The position numbers and the translations under genes are program-made. The notes under the pieces were generated by a model that was given only the letters and a program-made list of their open reading frames with translations, was not told where the DNA came from and did no database searches. DNA of 64,000 nucleotides from an uncultured Candidatus Saccharibacteria bacterium (GTDB lineage: Bacteria; Patescibacteriota; Saccharimonadia; Saccharimonadales; CAIOMD01): contig CAZMHM010000001.1 in assembly GCA_964566135.1 (NCBI GenBank), forward strand, positions 197,829 to 261,828. The letters run 5' to 3'. Shown in pieces: positions 19,878-28,787 of this stretch. Each line of letters begins with the position of its first letter. Position 1 is the first letter of the stretch.

Positions 19878-20406
19878 CAATACGATTGTTATTGGTGGTG
19901 GTTGTTTCTGGTGCCTAGATGCGCTTTTTTCACTAGTAAACGGAGTTCACGACGTAACCTGTGGGTATGCAGGTGGCAAAACCGACAACCCAACCTATGA
20001 AGCAGTATGTTCGGGTTCAACGGGTCACGCCGAAGTGGTTAAAATAACGTTCGATGAAACAGTTATCTCGCTACATGAAATCTTTGCCATTTTTTGGGCA
20101 ACGCACGACCCAACCACTCCAAATCAACAAGGCGCAGATATCGGCACCCAGTACCGTTCTATCATTTTGTATGCAGACGAAGCACAAAAAAACAGCGCAC
20201 AAGATGCCTTAGCGCAAGCGCAGCAATGGTGGGCTCAGCCAATTGTTACTGAAATACAGCCTTTGCGTACTTTCTACGAAGCCGAACCGTACCACCAGGA
20301 TTACTTTTTACATAACCCAAACCAAGCTTACTGCCAGATTGTCATCAACCCAAAATTAGCTCATTTTCGTAGTAGCTTTCGTAAGTATCTTAAAACCGAT
20401 CAATAA
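19861..20406 (+). CDS. msrA: peptide-methionine (S)-S-oxide reductase
   Basis: GGGCFWCLDALF catalytic motif, GHAEVVKITFD, YHQDY. Start assigned to an in-frame GTG (19861 or 19867). The track ATG at 19801 would add a poly-Ala/Val extension read from the Gly-codon repeat. Confidence 0.9.
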   Translation: MAVAGSNTIVIGGGCFWCLDALFSLVNGVHDVTCGYAGGKTDNPTYEAVCSGSTGHAEVVKITFDETVISLHEIFAIFWATHDPTTPNQQGADIGTQYRSIILYADEAQKNSAQDALAQAQQWWAQPIVTEIQPLRTFYEAEPYHQDYFLHNPNQAYCQIVINPKLAHFRSSFRKYLKTDQ

Positions 20407-20420
20407 TTTATACTTGAGCT

Positions 20421-21683
20421 ATGCAAGATTCTACAACTCCTAAAAAAACATTCTCACGATACATATTGAGCGCACTATTTGGTATTATTGGCGGCTTACT
20501 AACCATTGGTACGATTGCAGTACTCGATGAAATAATAAAAGTAATTTGGGAACAAGGCTTTGGCATGGATATTAATGATCCACAGCGAGGCGTGGTTTCG
20601 CTAGCAATGTTGCTGATAGTTGGTCTAATAATCGGCTTACTTAGTATGAAATTCGGCCCAGCAAAAGGGAATATCGAGAGTGTCGTGGAGGATTCACTCG
20701 AGAATGGCAAGATTGATTGGCGCAATGCGCGCAAGAACGTCATGTTCGGCCTATTGTCTATCGGCAGCGGGGCAAGCCTTGGCCCTGAAGCACCAGCAGC
20801 GATGATATCCGGTGGTACCGCATCATTCATAGCAGAAAAAGCAAAAGTAGAAACCGAAACAAGCCGCGCAATAAATGTAGCCGCAGTATCGGGAATGCTC
20901 GGGGCACTGCTTTCAAGTCCATTTGTCGGCATCGCAATGATTATTGAATCGTCAAAACAGCACGTCAAAAACTTATCTAACGTCATTGGTTACTCATTAA
21001 TCGCTGGCTCATTTGGTATAGCAACATTTTTCGTACTCTTTAATAAGTTGTATTCGTTTAATTTTGGTATTCCAGCATACGTAGGCCCAACCACGGCAGA
21101 TTTAGCAAAAGCGTTTTTGTTTGGCATTATTGGTGCGTTATTTGCGGTTATCGTTGGTATTATCATGAAACTTATCGAACCATCGATGCAAAAACTTGAT
21201 ACAAAACTAGTTCTAAAAAGTATAGTCGGGGCAACGGTAGCAGGGCTTATTGCGGTTGCCTTACCGCTCACTATGTTTAGCGGACAACACACCATGTCTC
21301 AACTGTTGGCCGAAGCCGCGACAACCGGTTTTGTAATGCTTTTTCTGCTTGCATTAGGGAAATTGCTAGCAACGGCAGTATTGCTCCGCACGGGCTTTTT
21401 TGGAGGACCAATTTTTCCAGCAATTTTTGCTGGTGCCGCACTCGGCCTTGCCTTTAGTAAGTTTATTGACGCCCCCGTCGCGCTGGCGATTGCGAGTACG
21501 ATTGCTGGCATGATTACCGTCATGCACCGGCAGCCGCTCACGGCAGCGCTTATCACTATAGCTATAGTAGGTACGTCATGTGTAGCACCAGTAAGTTTAG
21601 CGGTAGCGGCAGGGCTCCTTGTATTGTCAATCATCTCAAAGCGTATGCAAGCACCATCGAAACATTCTCAACATGGCTCATAA
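20421..21683 (+). CDS. ClC-family voltage-gated chloride/anion channel protein
   Basis: GSGASLGPEAP and GFFGGPIFPAIF selectivity-filter-type motifs. About 10 TM helices. Confidence 0.85.
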   Translation: MQDSTTPKKTFSRYILSALFGIIGGLLTIGTIAVLDEIIKVIWEQGFGMDINDPQRGVVSLAMLLIVGLIIGLLSMKFGPAKGNIESVVEDSLENGKIDWRNARKNVMFGLLSIGSGASLGPEAPAAMISGGTASFIAEKAKVETETSRAINVAAVSGMLGALLSSPFVGIAMIIESSKQHVKNLSNVIGYSLIAGSFGIATFFVLFNKLYSFNFGIPAYVGPTTADLAKAFLFGIIGALFAVIVGIIMKLIEPSMQKLDTKLVLKSIVGATVAGLIAVALPLTMFSGQHTMSQLLAEAATTGFVMLFLLALGKLLATAVLLRTGFFGGPIFPAIFAGAALGLAFSKFIDAPVALAIASTIAGMITVMHRQPLTAALITIAIVGTSCVAPVSLAVAAGLLVLSIISKRMQAPSKHSQHGS

Positions 21684-22323
21684 TATTATCGTATTTGGCG
21701 GCCAGGGCAGAACGGGCAGTGAAGTGGTCTTGCAAGCCCTTGAAGCCGGCCATAGGGTTAGCGTGTTTACATTCCACGATAGCCATATATTTGAACCGAA
21801 TGAAAACCTCCGTATCATCGAAGGTAATGCTCGCGATGCAGAAAGTGTCACGTCGGCAATTCGGGGCCACGACACTGTTATAAATATTGTGGCGCCACGG
21901 CTCGGCGATAGCAAAAATTATGATATCAGCGTCGTTGCAACCAAGCACATCATTACAGGCATGCAAGATAACGGTATTCGCAGATACTGGGGTCAATGTG
22001 GCGCCTGGGCAACCGAAGATTTAGGAGATGCCAGCCTGGTAATGCGCCTTGGCTTTATTTTCTTTTTACCGCTCAAGCATATTTATGCGTATAAGAAACA
22101 AGAGGACGAGATTGTCAAAGCCAGCGGGCTCGATTGGACCATAGTTCAAGCCGCACTATTGTCAGATGGGGCACTTCAGTGGCCTATCCGCGTGTTCGTT
22201 GATGGGTATAAGTGCAAGTTTTACGAAATACCTAAAATATCACGTAAAAGTGTTGCTAAATTTTACATCGAAAATCTCGATAATAATGAGCTTATCGGAA
22301 AGTGTCCCGTTGTTCTCGGGTAA
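21673..22323 (+). CDS. NAD(P)H-binding (NmrA/atypical SDR-like) protein
   Basis: Start at MAHNIIVFGGQGRTGSEVV (Rossmann GxxGxxG). Overlaps the ClC gene end by 11 nt. Confidence 0.75.
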   Translation: MAHNIIVFGGQGRTGSEVVLQALEAGHRVSVFTFHDSHIFEPNENLRIIEGNARDAESVTSAIRGHDTVINIVAPRLGDSKNYDISVVATKHIITGMQDNGIRRYWGQCGAWATEDLGDASLVMRLGFIFFLPLKHIYAYKKQEDEIVKASGLDWTIVQAALLSDGALQWPIRVFVDGYKCKFYEIPKISRKSVAKFYIENLDNNELIGKCPVVLG

Positions 22324-22327
22324 TGAT

Positions 22328-23146
22328 ATGTTCGAACGTTTCATTCATAAAACTCTTCGTATACCTTACAAGCTACGCATCGTTGAAGATACGGGCGGTA
22401 GCGGAACCCCAATTGTTTTTTTACACGGCATAGCAAGTAGTAGCCTTACGTGGCGCAATGTCGTGCCACTCCTTGATTCTACTGTACGAGTAATCACTAT
22501 TGATTTACTCGGCTTCGGCGATTCACCTAAGCCTGATTGGTCCGAATATCAAATGTCCGACCACGCCGACGCCGTCGCACGCACCATCCAATCACTTTCA
22601 CTAAAAAACGTAGTGGTCGTTGGCCACTCAATGGGTAGCTTAATTGCGGTTGATCTTGCAAAACGACATCCAAAGCTCGTCGCAAGGCTCGTGCTGTGTA
22701 GCATGCCGTTATACATTAACGAGGACCTGCATGGCATCATGGGCGAGTACACTAAAACTGATCGCTACATTAATAATGCCTACTTTAACGTCTACCAGGC
22801 TGTTATCGACCGCCCGGACCTCACGCTAAAAAACGCTAAGCGAGTCGTGAAGCTTGCGGGCAACGAAACAAGTTTTCGGCTCGACGAGACTACCTGGAAT
22901 CCATTTAAATCCAGCCTAAAAAATACCATCGAAAACCAAACCACACTACACGATATCCAACAGCTCACTATACCCATTACGATAGTGTACGGACGATTCG
23001 ACGTCTTTGTCATTAGTCGCTATTTTAAACAGCTTGCGAAAGAATATAGCAACATTACCGTTATTGCTGTAGCTGGTAGGCACGAAATTAGCCCAAAATA
23101 CGCACAAGTGGTTGCCCCAATCATTATGGCAGGGCCAAAAGCATAG
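22328..23146 (+). CDS. alpha/beta hydrolase
   Basis: Start at MFERF. HG oxyanion motif (VFLHGIASS) and nucleophile elbow VGHSMGS. Confidence 0.8.
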   Translation: MFERFIHKTLRIPYKLRIVEDTGGSGTPIVFLHGIASSSLTWRNVVPLLDSTVRVITIDLLGFGDSPKPDWSEYQMSDHADAVARTIQSLSLKNVVVVGHSMGSLIAVDLAKRHPKLVARLVLCSMPLYINEDLHGIMGEYTKTDRYINNAYFNVYQAVIDRPDLTLKNAKRVVKLAGNETSFRLDETTWNPFKSSLKNTIENQTTLHDIQQLTIPITIVYGRFDVFVISRYFKQLAKEYSNITVIAVAGRHEISPKYAQVVAPIIMAGPKA

Positions 23147-23182
23147 CTCGATTTTTCGAACACAACAGGGTACGATACTTAT

Positions 23183-23590
23183 ATGAAACGGCGGTTATCA
23201 AAACACCCTAAAATTGCACTCATCTATGCGGTAATGGCACTATTTATGCTGCCTTGGGCTTTCAATCTAGCTCGGGTATTACCAGAACGACATATCGTCA
23301 CCAACTGGAGCCTTGTCTGGACTGGTTTTGACTTAATTATGGCGATTATTTTTATGATTACAGCCTATGGCCTGTATAAGCGTAGGTACTGGGTGCCGGT
23401 CAGTGCGTCTATGGCGGCAACAATGGTTTTCTGCGATGCATGGTTCGATATCGGCACAGCCCGAACATCATCACAACTAACAGGTGCATTAACATTGGCA
23501 CTACTCGTAGAGATACCAATTGGCCTCTTATCATTATGGCTTGCGCTTGAAAGTCTCGGTCAAGAAGTACCCAAGTCGTTTAAGGATTAG
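23183..23590 (+). CDS. 4-TM membrane protein, unknown function
   Basis: Hydrophobic segments throughout. No known motif. Confidence 0.5.
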   Translation: MKRRLSKHPKIALIYAVMALFMLPWAFNLARVLPERHIVTNWSLVWTGFDLIMAIIFMITAYGLYKRRYWVPVSASMAATMVFCDAWFDIGTARTSSQLTGALTLALLVEIPIGLLSLWLALESLGQEVPKSFKD

Positions 23591-23606
23591 CTCTTTTACC
23601 CTAAAA

Positions 23607-23635
23607 TTGTTAAATTTGACATTTTGTGATATAAT
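23607..23635 (+). promoter_or_regulatory. extended -10 promoter
   Basis: TTGTTA - 17 nt (ending TGA) - TATAAT, upstream of the 23665 gene. Confidence 0.5.
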
Positions 23636-23664
23636 CTTGCCATCAAGAGAGTGGAGAAGATTGT

Positions 23665-23865
23665 ATGACTCTAGGTACAATACGAATCAAACAGAATAGC
23701 TTTACTGCTGCCATGTTAGTGGCGGTTATTAGTGTTGCTATTTGGTTTGTGTTTAATCTTATGGTTGACGCATACCCACAACGAGTCACCACATTCCAAA
23801 CTCCGCAACAGACAACCCCAGCAGCTGTCGAACCGCTCGATTATCACTACAGCTCGCAGCCATAA
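23665..23865 (+). CDS. small single-TM protein
   Basis: GGAG upstream. TM segment AAMLVAVISVAIWFVFNLMV. Confidence 0.4.
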   Translation: MTLGTIRIKQNSFTAAMLVAVISVAIWFVFNLMVDAYPQRVTTFQTPQQTTPAAVEPLDYHYSSQP

Positions 23866-23926
23866 GGGTTATTGCCCTTATACGGCTTTCATACTATAGT
23901 CAGGTCATAGCATCTGGCTATTTTTT

Positions 23927-25423
23927 ATGACAGCAACAAAACGCAAACGCACAAACAAATCATCCTCCTTTAGGCTTGACCCAAAAGGCATAACGCTCAT
24001 TGTGTTTGCGGTACTGTTTGCTGCAGTTGGCTCATACTTTGTGTTCTTTTCTAAGGCCGCAACCTCATTAACGTGGGCACCACCAAGTGGCTATGCAAGC
24101 TACCCAGTGTTTAATGTTGGTGTTACGACGGCTAGCAACACTAATCTCGATGGTAAGGGTGGGGATATGTACATTAAACTGCCAATCCAGCCAACCGGCC
24201 CAATCTCTATTAAGAACTGTCGCAATGCAGTAGTGATTGGTGGGCAGATTACTATCCCAGCAGGGACTGGTCCAGCTGTCCCAGACGTACGAGGTATTTA
24301 CATAAATAACTGCTCTGGTACCGTACACATCGAAGGCGTATATATTGACGGTAGTACTCCCACGGCTGAGGCTGATGGCATAGCCATTAGTTCGCCGAAT
24401 GCGATTGTACAAGTAGAGAACGTTCGCATAAACAAACTGTATGGTGGTCAAGACACTGCTATCCATAACCACTCTGACATTATCCAACCATGGGGTGGCG
24501 TTAAAGAACTACGGGTTGATCGTTTAAGTGGCACAAGTAACTTCCAGGGTTTCCAGATTAATGATGACCAAGGCCATATTGGTAAGGTAACCATCAAGAA
24601 CACCAATATTGGCGACTCAGGCGTTGCGCCACCTACGAGTAATGGCGGCTACTATTTATGGGTAAAGTGTGGCACTGGCACTACATATAGCTTTAGTAAC
24701 TTTTACGTACAACCACGGAGTGGTCGTAACCTTGGTAACAGCCTATGGGATGGTGGTTGTGGCTTAAACCCAGGTAGCACAAGTGCAACCTACAGCAATA
24801 GTGCGGTCACTGGCTCAATTCTTAACGGTAAACCAGCCACAGGTGACTTTGTGCCTGCTGGTAGTGTAGGCATTGGCTACACTAGTACTGGTTATGCAGT
24901 AGATAGCGGTACGACGACACCTACAACACCGCCTCCCACAACGCCGACAACACCGACTACTCCTACGACACCAACCACCCCCACGACGCCAACAACACCG
25001 ACTACTCCTACAACACCACCGGTTGTTATCACTGGCGGATCAACAGGGGGTAGCGTTAGTTCTGGTACGGTCAGCGGTACCGTTACGGTGCAACAACCTA
25101 CTGTTGCAGACCCAGTTAAAACCGAAATTTATGTTGATGGAAAACTCAAAACGACCACTAGTGGTAGCGCCGCTAATATCGACACGTCACAATTAAGTAA
25201 CGGCGACCACACTATAACCGTGAAAACAACAGGGGTAAACGGCGAATCAGCCGAGGCAACCACGAGTATCGAGGTTAATAACCCGCTGTGGCGACAGATT
25301 CTTGGCCAGCTAGCTACACCAACCGGCAAAGTAATTATTGGCTCAGTAACTGCAGTCATCGTTTTTGGGCTACTAATAGCGTTTAACGTGATAAAACTGC
25401 CACTACTGCGACCACGGTTTTAA
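23927..25423 (+). CDS. surface protein: signal anchor, parallel beta-helix-like domain, (TPT)n linker, Ig-like module, C-terminal TM anchor
   Basis: Repeating IKNCRNAVVIGG / IYINNCSGTVHIEGVYIDG / AIVQVENVRINK turns suggest a right-handed beta-helix. TPTTP repeat lies at 24911-25020. C-terminal TM VIIGSVTAVIVFGLLIAFNVI. Confidence 0.65.
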   Translation: MTATKRKRTNKSSSFRLDPKGITLIVFAVLFAAVGSYFVFFSKAATSLTWAPPSGYASYPVFNVGVTTASNTNLDGKGGDMYIKLPIQPTGPISIKNCRNAVVIGGQITIPAGTGPAVPDVRGIYINNCSGTVHIEGVYIDGSTPTAEADGIAISSPNAIVQVENVRINKLYGGQDTAIHNHSDIIQPWGGVKELRVDRLSGTSNFQGFQINDDQGHIGKVTIKNTNIGDSGVAPPTSNGGYYLWVKCGTGTTYSFSNFYVQPRSGRNLGNSLWDGGCGLNPGSTSATYSNSAVTGSILNGKPATGDFVPAGSVGIGYTSTGYAVDSGTTTPTTPPPTTPTTPTTPTTPTTPTTPTTPTTPTTPPVVITGGSTGGSVSSGTVSGTVTVQQPTVADPVKTEIYVDGKLKTTTSGSAANIDTSQLSNGDHTITVKTTGVNGESAEATTSIEVNNPLWRQILGQLATPTGKVIIGSVTAVIVFGLLIAFNVIKLPLLRPRF

Positions 25424-26599
25424 TTAAAAAAGGTTTAAATCCTTGAGTTCTTCGGGCAAAAAACCATCTTTGTGTTTAAAATCGGCTTGCCATTCATAGC
25501 CCTTGCCGTATCCTAAATCCTTCATCAGTTTAGTGGGTGCATTACGGATTTGCAGCGGTACCTGCGCAGTTGGCGTAGCTTTTGCGGTTGCGATGGCTTT
25601 GTTCATGGCATCAGCAACTACTCTCGATTTTTTGCTTGCACTCAACACGAGTGCGCAATGGAACAAGTTGTATTGGCATTCTGGCATACCAATACGTTCT
25701 ACGGCCATAAACGTGCTTACCGCTAAATTGAGCGCCGGACTTGAGGCGATGCCGATATCTTCGCTCGCAAAAATTACCATCCGCCGGGCGATAAATTTTG
25801 GGTCTTCGCCAGCATCAAGCATACGCGCAAGGTAATATAATGCCGCATTACTATCGCTGCCACGCATACTTTTTATAAAGGCACTAATGATGTTGTAGTG
25901 CTGCTCGCCAGCCTTGTCGTAGCCAGGTAGTTTGCGTTGTGCGGCCATTTTAGCCGTTTCTACTGTGATTTTGCCGTTACTTAGTTCAAGACACAGCTCT
26001 AGGTTACCAAGCGCAACACGGGCATCTCCGCCCGAAAGTTCGGCAATATAACCAAGCACTTTTTTATCTGCGCGCTTGGCATCGCCAAGTTTTTTTAAGG
26101 CCCGCCGTAATATCTCAACAATATCGTCAACGCTCAGTGCTTCTAAAACCAGCACACGGCTTCGTGATAACAGGGGAGTAATCACCTCAAAACTCGGGTT
26201 CTCGGTAGTAGCCCCAATTAACGTAATCAGCCCACTTTCAACATGCGGCAAAAAAGCATCTTGTTGTGCCTTGTTAAACCGATGAATCTCATCCACAAAT
26301 AATACTGTTCGCATGCCTAGCCGACGATTTTCACCAGCGTGTTTAATGACTTGCTTCACGTCGGCAATACCGGCTGTAACTGCACTAATCTCAATAAAGT
26401 CCGCCTCGACATCTTTTGCAATAATGCGGGCAAGGGTAGTTTTACCACTGCCGGGTGGACCCCACAATATAAGGCTAAATGGTTGTTTATTCTTAACTAT
26501 TTGGCGCAAAATCTCGCCATCACCCAAAAGATGGGTTTGCCCAATAACCTCATTAAGCGACTGTGGCCGCATGAGCTCCGCAAGAGGAATGTCTGCCAT
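25424..26599 (-). CDS. rarA: replication-associated recombination protein A (AAA+ ATPase)
   Basis: Walker A GPPGSGKTT, Walker B LFVDEIHRFNKAQQD, C-terminal MgsA domain (YDKAGEQHYNIISAFIKSMRGSD). Confidence 0.92.
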   Translation of the reverse strand: MADIPLAELMRPQSLNEVIGQTHLLGDGEILRQIVKNKQPFSLILWGPPGSGKTTLARIIAKDVEADFIEISAVTAGIADVKQVIKHAGENRRLGMRTVLFVDEIHRFNKAQQDAFLPHVESGLITLIGATTENPSFEVITPLLSRSRVLVLEALSVDDIVEILRRALKKLGDAKRADKKVLGYIAELSGGDARVALGNLELCLELSNGKITVETAKMAAQRKLPGYDKAGEQHYNIISAFIKSMRGSDSNAALYYLARMLDAGEDPKFIARRMVIFASEDIGIASSPALNLAVSTFMAVERIGMPECQYNLFHCALVLSASKKSRVVADAMNKAIATAKATPTAQVPLQIRNAPTKLMKDLGYGKGYEWQADFKHKDGFLPEELKDLNLF

Positions 26600-26627
26600 A
26601 CTGCAGATAAGTATAGCTAAAGTGTTG

Positions 26628-26990
26628 CTAGTTTACGACTACAGCGGGTACTTCTTTAGCGACCGTCAGCGCAACCGCTGTCTGAACGATAACTAAAATA
26701 AGTAATATCCAATATACTTTGTTGCCAATTACAGGCTTTTTACGTAGTGCTTCGCAGATGCCCAAAATAACTAAAACGATCCCGAGCTTTACTCCAACAG
26801 CGGTCATGTTATAGTCGTCTGGCGCAATACCCACGAGCGTCAAGCCGCTAATTATTTGCCAGCGCGCTCCGTTTAAAATCACGCCAGTAATTTTATGTGT
26901 TTTAGATGTTAGCTGCGCAAGCAAGCCACCGGCAACAGCCGCAAATCCAAGCAAGTGCGAATAAAACAAAATGTGTGTCAGTAGTTCCAT
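26628..26990 (-). CDS. 4-TM membrane protein, unknown function
   Basis: Hydrophobic 120-aa ORF in an operon-like position behind the BI-1 gene. Confidence 0.5.
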   Translation of the reverse strand: MELLTHILFYSHLLGFAAVAGGLLAQLTSKTHKITGVILNGARWQIISGLTLVGIAPDDYNMTAVGVKLGIVLVILGICEALRKKPVIGNKVYWILLILVIVQTAVALTVAKEVPAVVVN

Positions 26991-27001
26991 AACCCCCCTT
27001 A

Positions 27002-27742
27002 TTAGCTACGCGTCTTTGCTAGTAAGCGTAACACTTCTAGGTATAGCCAGACAAGTGTAACCATAAGCCCGAACGCGCCATACCACTCAAAGACTTTTGG
27101 TGCTTTATTGGTGGCAGCAGTTTCTACAAAGTTAAAATCCAACAACAAATTAAGGGCAGCGATAAAGATAATTACTAGGCTAAAAATAATGCCAAATGTG
27201 CCACTATCGTAAATGAGCGGTGCAGTGATGCCAAACAATCCAAGCACAAAACTTAAAAGGTAATACAAAAAGATGCCGAGGGTCGCAATCATTACGACAG
27301 ACTTAAACTTCTCGGTTACTGTAACAATACGTGCTTGGTATAAAAACAGCGTTGAAAAGAAAATAACACCTGTTAAGGCAATCGCCTGAAGTACTATGCC
27401 GCCATAAGCATCATTTGCCCAGCGCGAAATAGCACCTAGCAAAAAACCCTCTGCAAGCGCATAGAGAGGTGCCGTTATGGGCGTCGATTTCGGTACAAAA
27501 CTCGCAATAAGCGCAAAAACTAGGGCAGCGATTGCCGAAGCGCCAATCAGCACCAGCATAGAAACTGACGCCGACCCAGCCATATTCCAACCAAAGATTC
27601 CGGTCGCGATAACAAGAAATAATAATAGTACCGTTTTAATAACCGTTCCTGTAACCGTAGCATGGCTCGTTGATTCAACTGCCATTACTCGTTCCATCGC
27701 ACCCTTGCCCAGGGCAGGATTACCACTTTTGTCTTGTTGCAC
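27002..27742 (-). CDS. Bax inhibitor-1/YccA-like membrane protein (BaxI_1 type)
   Basis: Start moved to the GTG at 27742, 9 nt after AAGGAGG. SGNPAL N-terminus, 7 TM, C-terminal WLYLEVLRLL. Confidence 0.75.
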   Translation of the reverse strand: MQQDKSGNPALGKGAMERVMAVESTSHATVTGTVIKTVLLLFLVIATGIFGWNMAGSASVSMLVLIGASAIAALVFALIASFVPKSTPITAPLYALAEGFLLGAISRWANDAYGGIVLQAIALTGVIFFSTLFLYQARIVTVTEKFKSVVMIATLGIFLYYLLSFVLGLFGITAPLIYDSGTFGIIFSLVIIFIAALNLLLDFNFVETAATNKAPKVFEWYGAFGLMVTLVWLYLEVLRLLAKTRS

Positions 27743-27806
27743 GTTCAGCACCCTCCTTAACTTCAATTACGCATATGGTAGCGTTAATGACGATTAGGTG
27801 CAATAA

Positions 27807-28433
27807 CTAGCGATTATAGTCAGCAAAATGCATTGTCGTATACGTGCAGCCACTGTTTGTATCTTGCACTTCAGAAACACCAAAGTTCGTATAATCGCCA
27901 ACCATAATTGCATAGTGGGTTGGGCTGGCTAATAATGCATCAAATGCCGCCTGTCGAGTATCGTAACAACGCGCCAAATTCTCGCCAACACGATCAGCTT
28001 TGGGTGATAGCCGCCAGATATAGTCCGAGAAACTCATGCCGTTTGGCGCATAATGCGCCCAATAGTTCTGCAGTACCATATCGTTACCCTTTTGCGTCGC
28101 ACTTGTTGATAAGCGAGCATCAATAAGCAATGCTGACAGCCCTTTGCTGGCACGTAGTGTATTTATCGCACCAAGATAATACTGCTCGGCGTCGGTTCGT
28201 GTGATAACGATCGCAGCAGGAGTTCCGGCCGCGCTTGCCACAGGCGAGGATGCAAGCATTGTGAGTGATGGACTTGTAACTGTAACAATAAAAAGCAATG
28301 CCGCCAATATATACCTGCTAGCGAGTACGGTCTGTTCTATACTACGAGCAAACACACCAGCACTATGGCGAAATTGATTACTATTGCTATTCTTATCAAG
28401 TAAAAATGCCTGCGGCATTAGCACATGATTCAT
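27807..28433 (-). CDS. secreted CAP/SCP (PR-1-like) domain protein
   Basis: AAAGGAGG RBS, signal anchor. C-terminal domain with YWAHYAPNG, GENLARC, LASPTHYAIM. Confidence 0.75.
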   Translation of the reverse strand: MNHVLMPQAFLLDKNSNSNQFRHSAGVFARSIEQTVLASRYILAALLFIVTVTSPSLTMLASSPVASAAGTPAAIVITRTDAEQYYLGAINTLRASKGLSALLIDARLSTSATQKGNDMVLQNYWAHYAPNGMSFSDYIWRLSPKADRVGENLARCYDTRQAAFDALLASPTHYAIMVGDYTNFGVSEVQDTNSGCTYTTMHFADYNR

Positions 28434-28476
28434 TACACACCTCCTTTAAGGTAGAAGCACAGATGTAGTGTAAATA

Positions 28477-28654
28477 AAAAACCGGCCAACTACTGACCGG
28501 ACAAATACAAACAGATTGCTGTTGCAGGCCCGGTTTCGCTACTAACTCCCCCAAAAGCCAAGCGACCACATACAGCTTTTAGGATCAACGCTTACACTAC
28601 AAGTACACACGTTACTTATAATCCAACAAGGTCCATAAGTGACTCACACTTAGT
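28477..28654 (-). ncRNA. candidate ~180-nt noncoding leader or sRNA ending in an intrinsic terminator
   Basis: Bounded by the promoter at 28661-28689 and the hairpin CCGGTCAGTAGTTGGCCGG + TTTTTT (28501-28477, minus sense). No ORF of 60 aa or more. Several internal hairpins. Confidence 0.45.
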
Positions 28655-28660
28655 GAACAT

Positions 28661-28689
28661 ATAATACATCTTTATTGCATTATTGTCAA
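28661..28689 (-). promoter_or_regulatory. near-consensus sigma70 promoter
   Basis: Minus sense: TTGACA (28689-28684) - 17 nt - TATTAT (28666-28661). Confidence 0.6.
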
Positions 28690-28723
28690 TAGTATTTATG
28701 CGTACAAACCAACCATAAGCTAT

Positions 28724-28752
28724 TTGGTATCAACGCGAATTCGCCGTATAAT
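28724..28752 (+). promoter_or_regulatory. sigma70-type promoter for the pilin-like gene
   Basis: TTGGTA - 17 nt - TATAAT. Confidence 0.5.
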
Positions 28753-28787
28753 TACCCGTAATAGCATTAATAAAAGGATTCTCTTAC

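Noticed and set aside
20408-21634. Minus-strand ORFs of 192, 101 and 111 aa antisense to the ClC channel gene. A similar case is the 146-aa ORF at 17609..18049, antisense to the CPBP gene.
   Set aside because: The sense-strand genes carry clear family motifs. The antisense ORFs are compositional shadows of hydrophobic-codon-rich genes.
24911-25020. Short-period nucleotide repeats (also 32120-32200 and 41790-41880) that could look like a tandem-repeat or CRISPR-like array.
   Set aside because: The period is 9-15 nt, in frame, and encodes TPTTP / PTPS linkers inside long ORFs. There is no repeat-spacer architecture.
28477-28654. Considered SRP (4.5S) RNA, or a confident c-di-AMP (ydaO) riboswitch call.
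   Set aside because: The helix-8 signature (GGAA tetraloop with GGAAGCAGC) is absent. Matches to the ydaO consensus are short and out of the expected order. It is kept only as a hypothesis to test.
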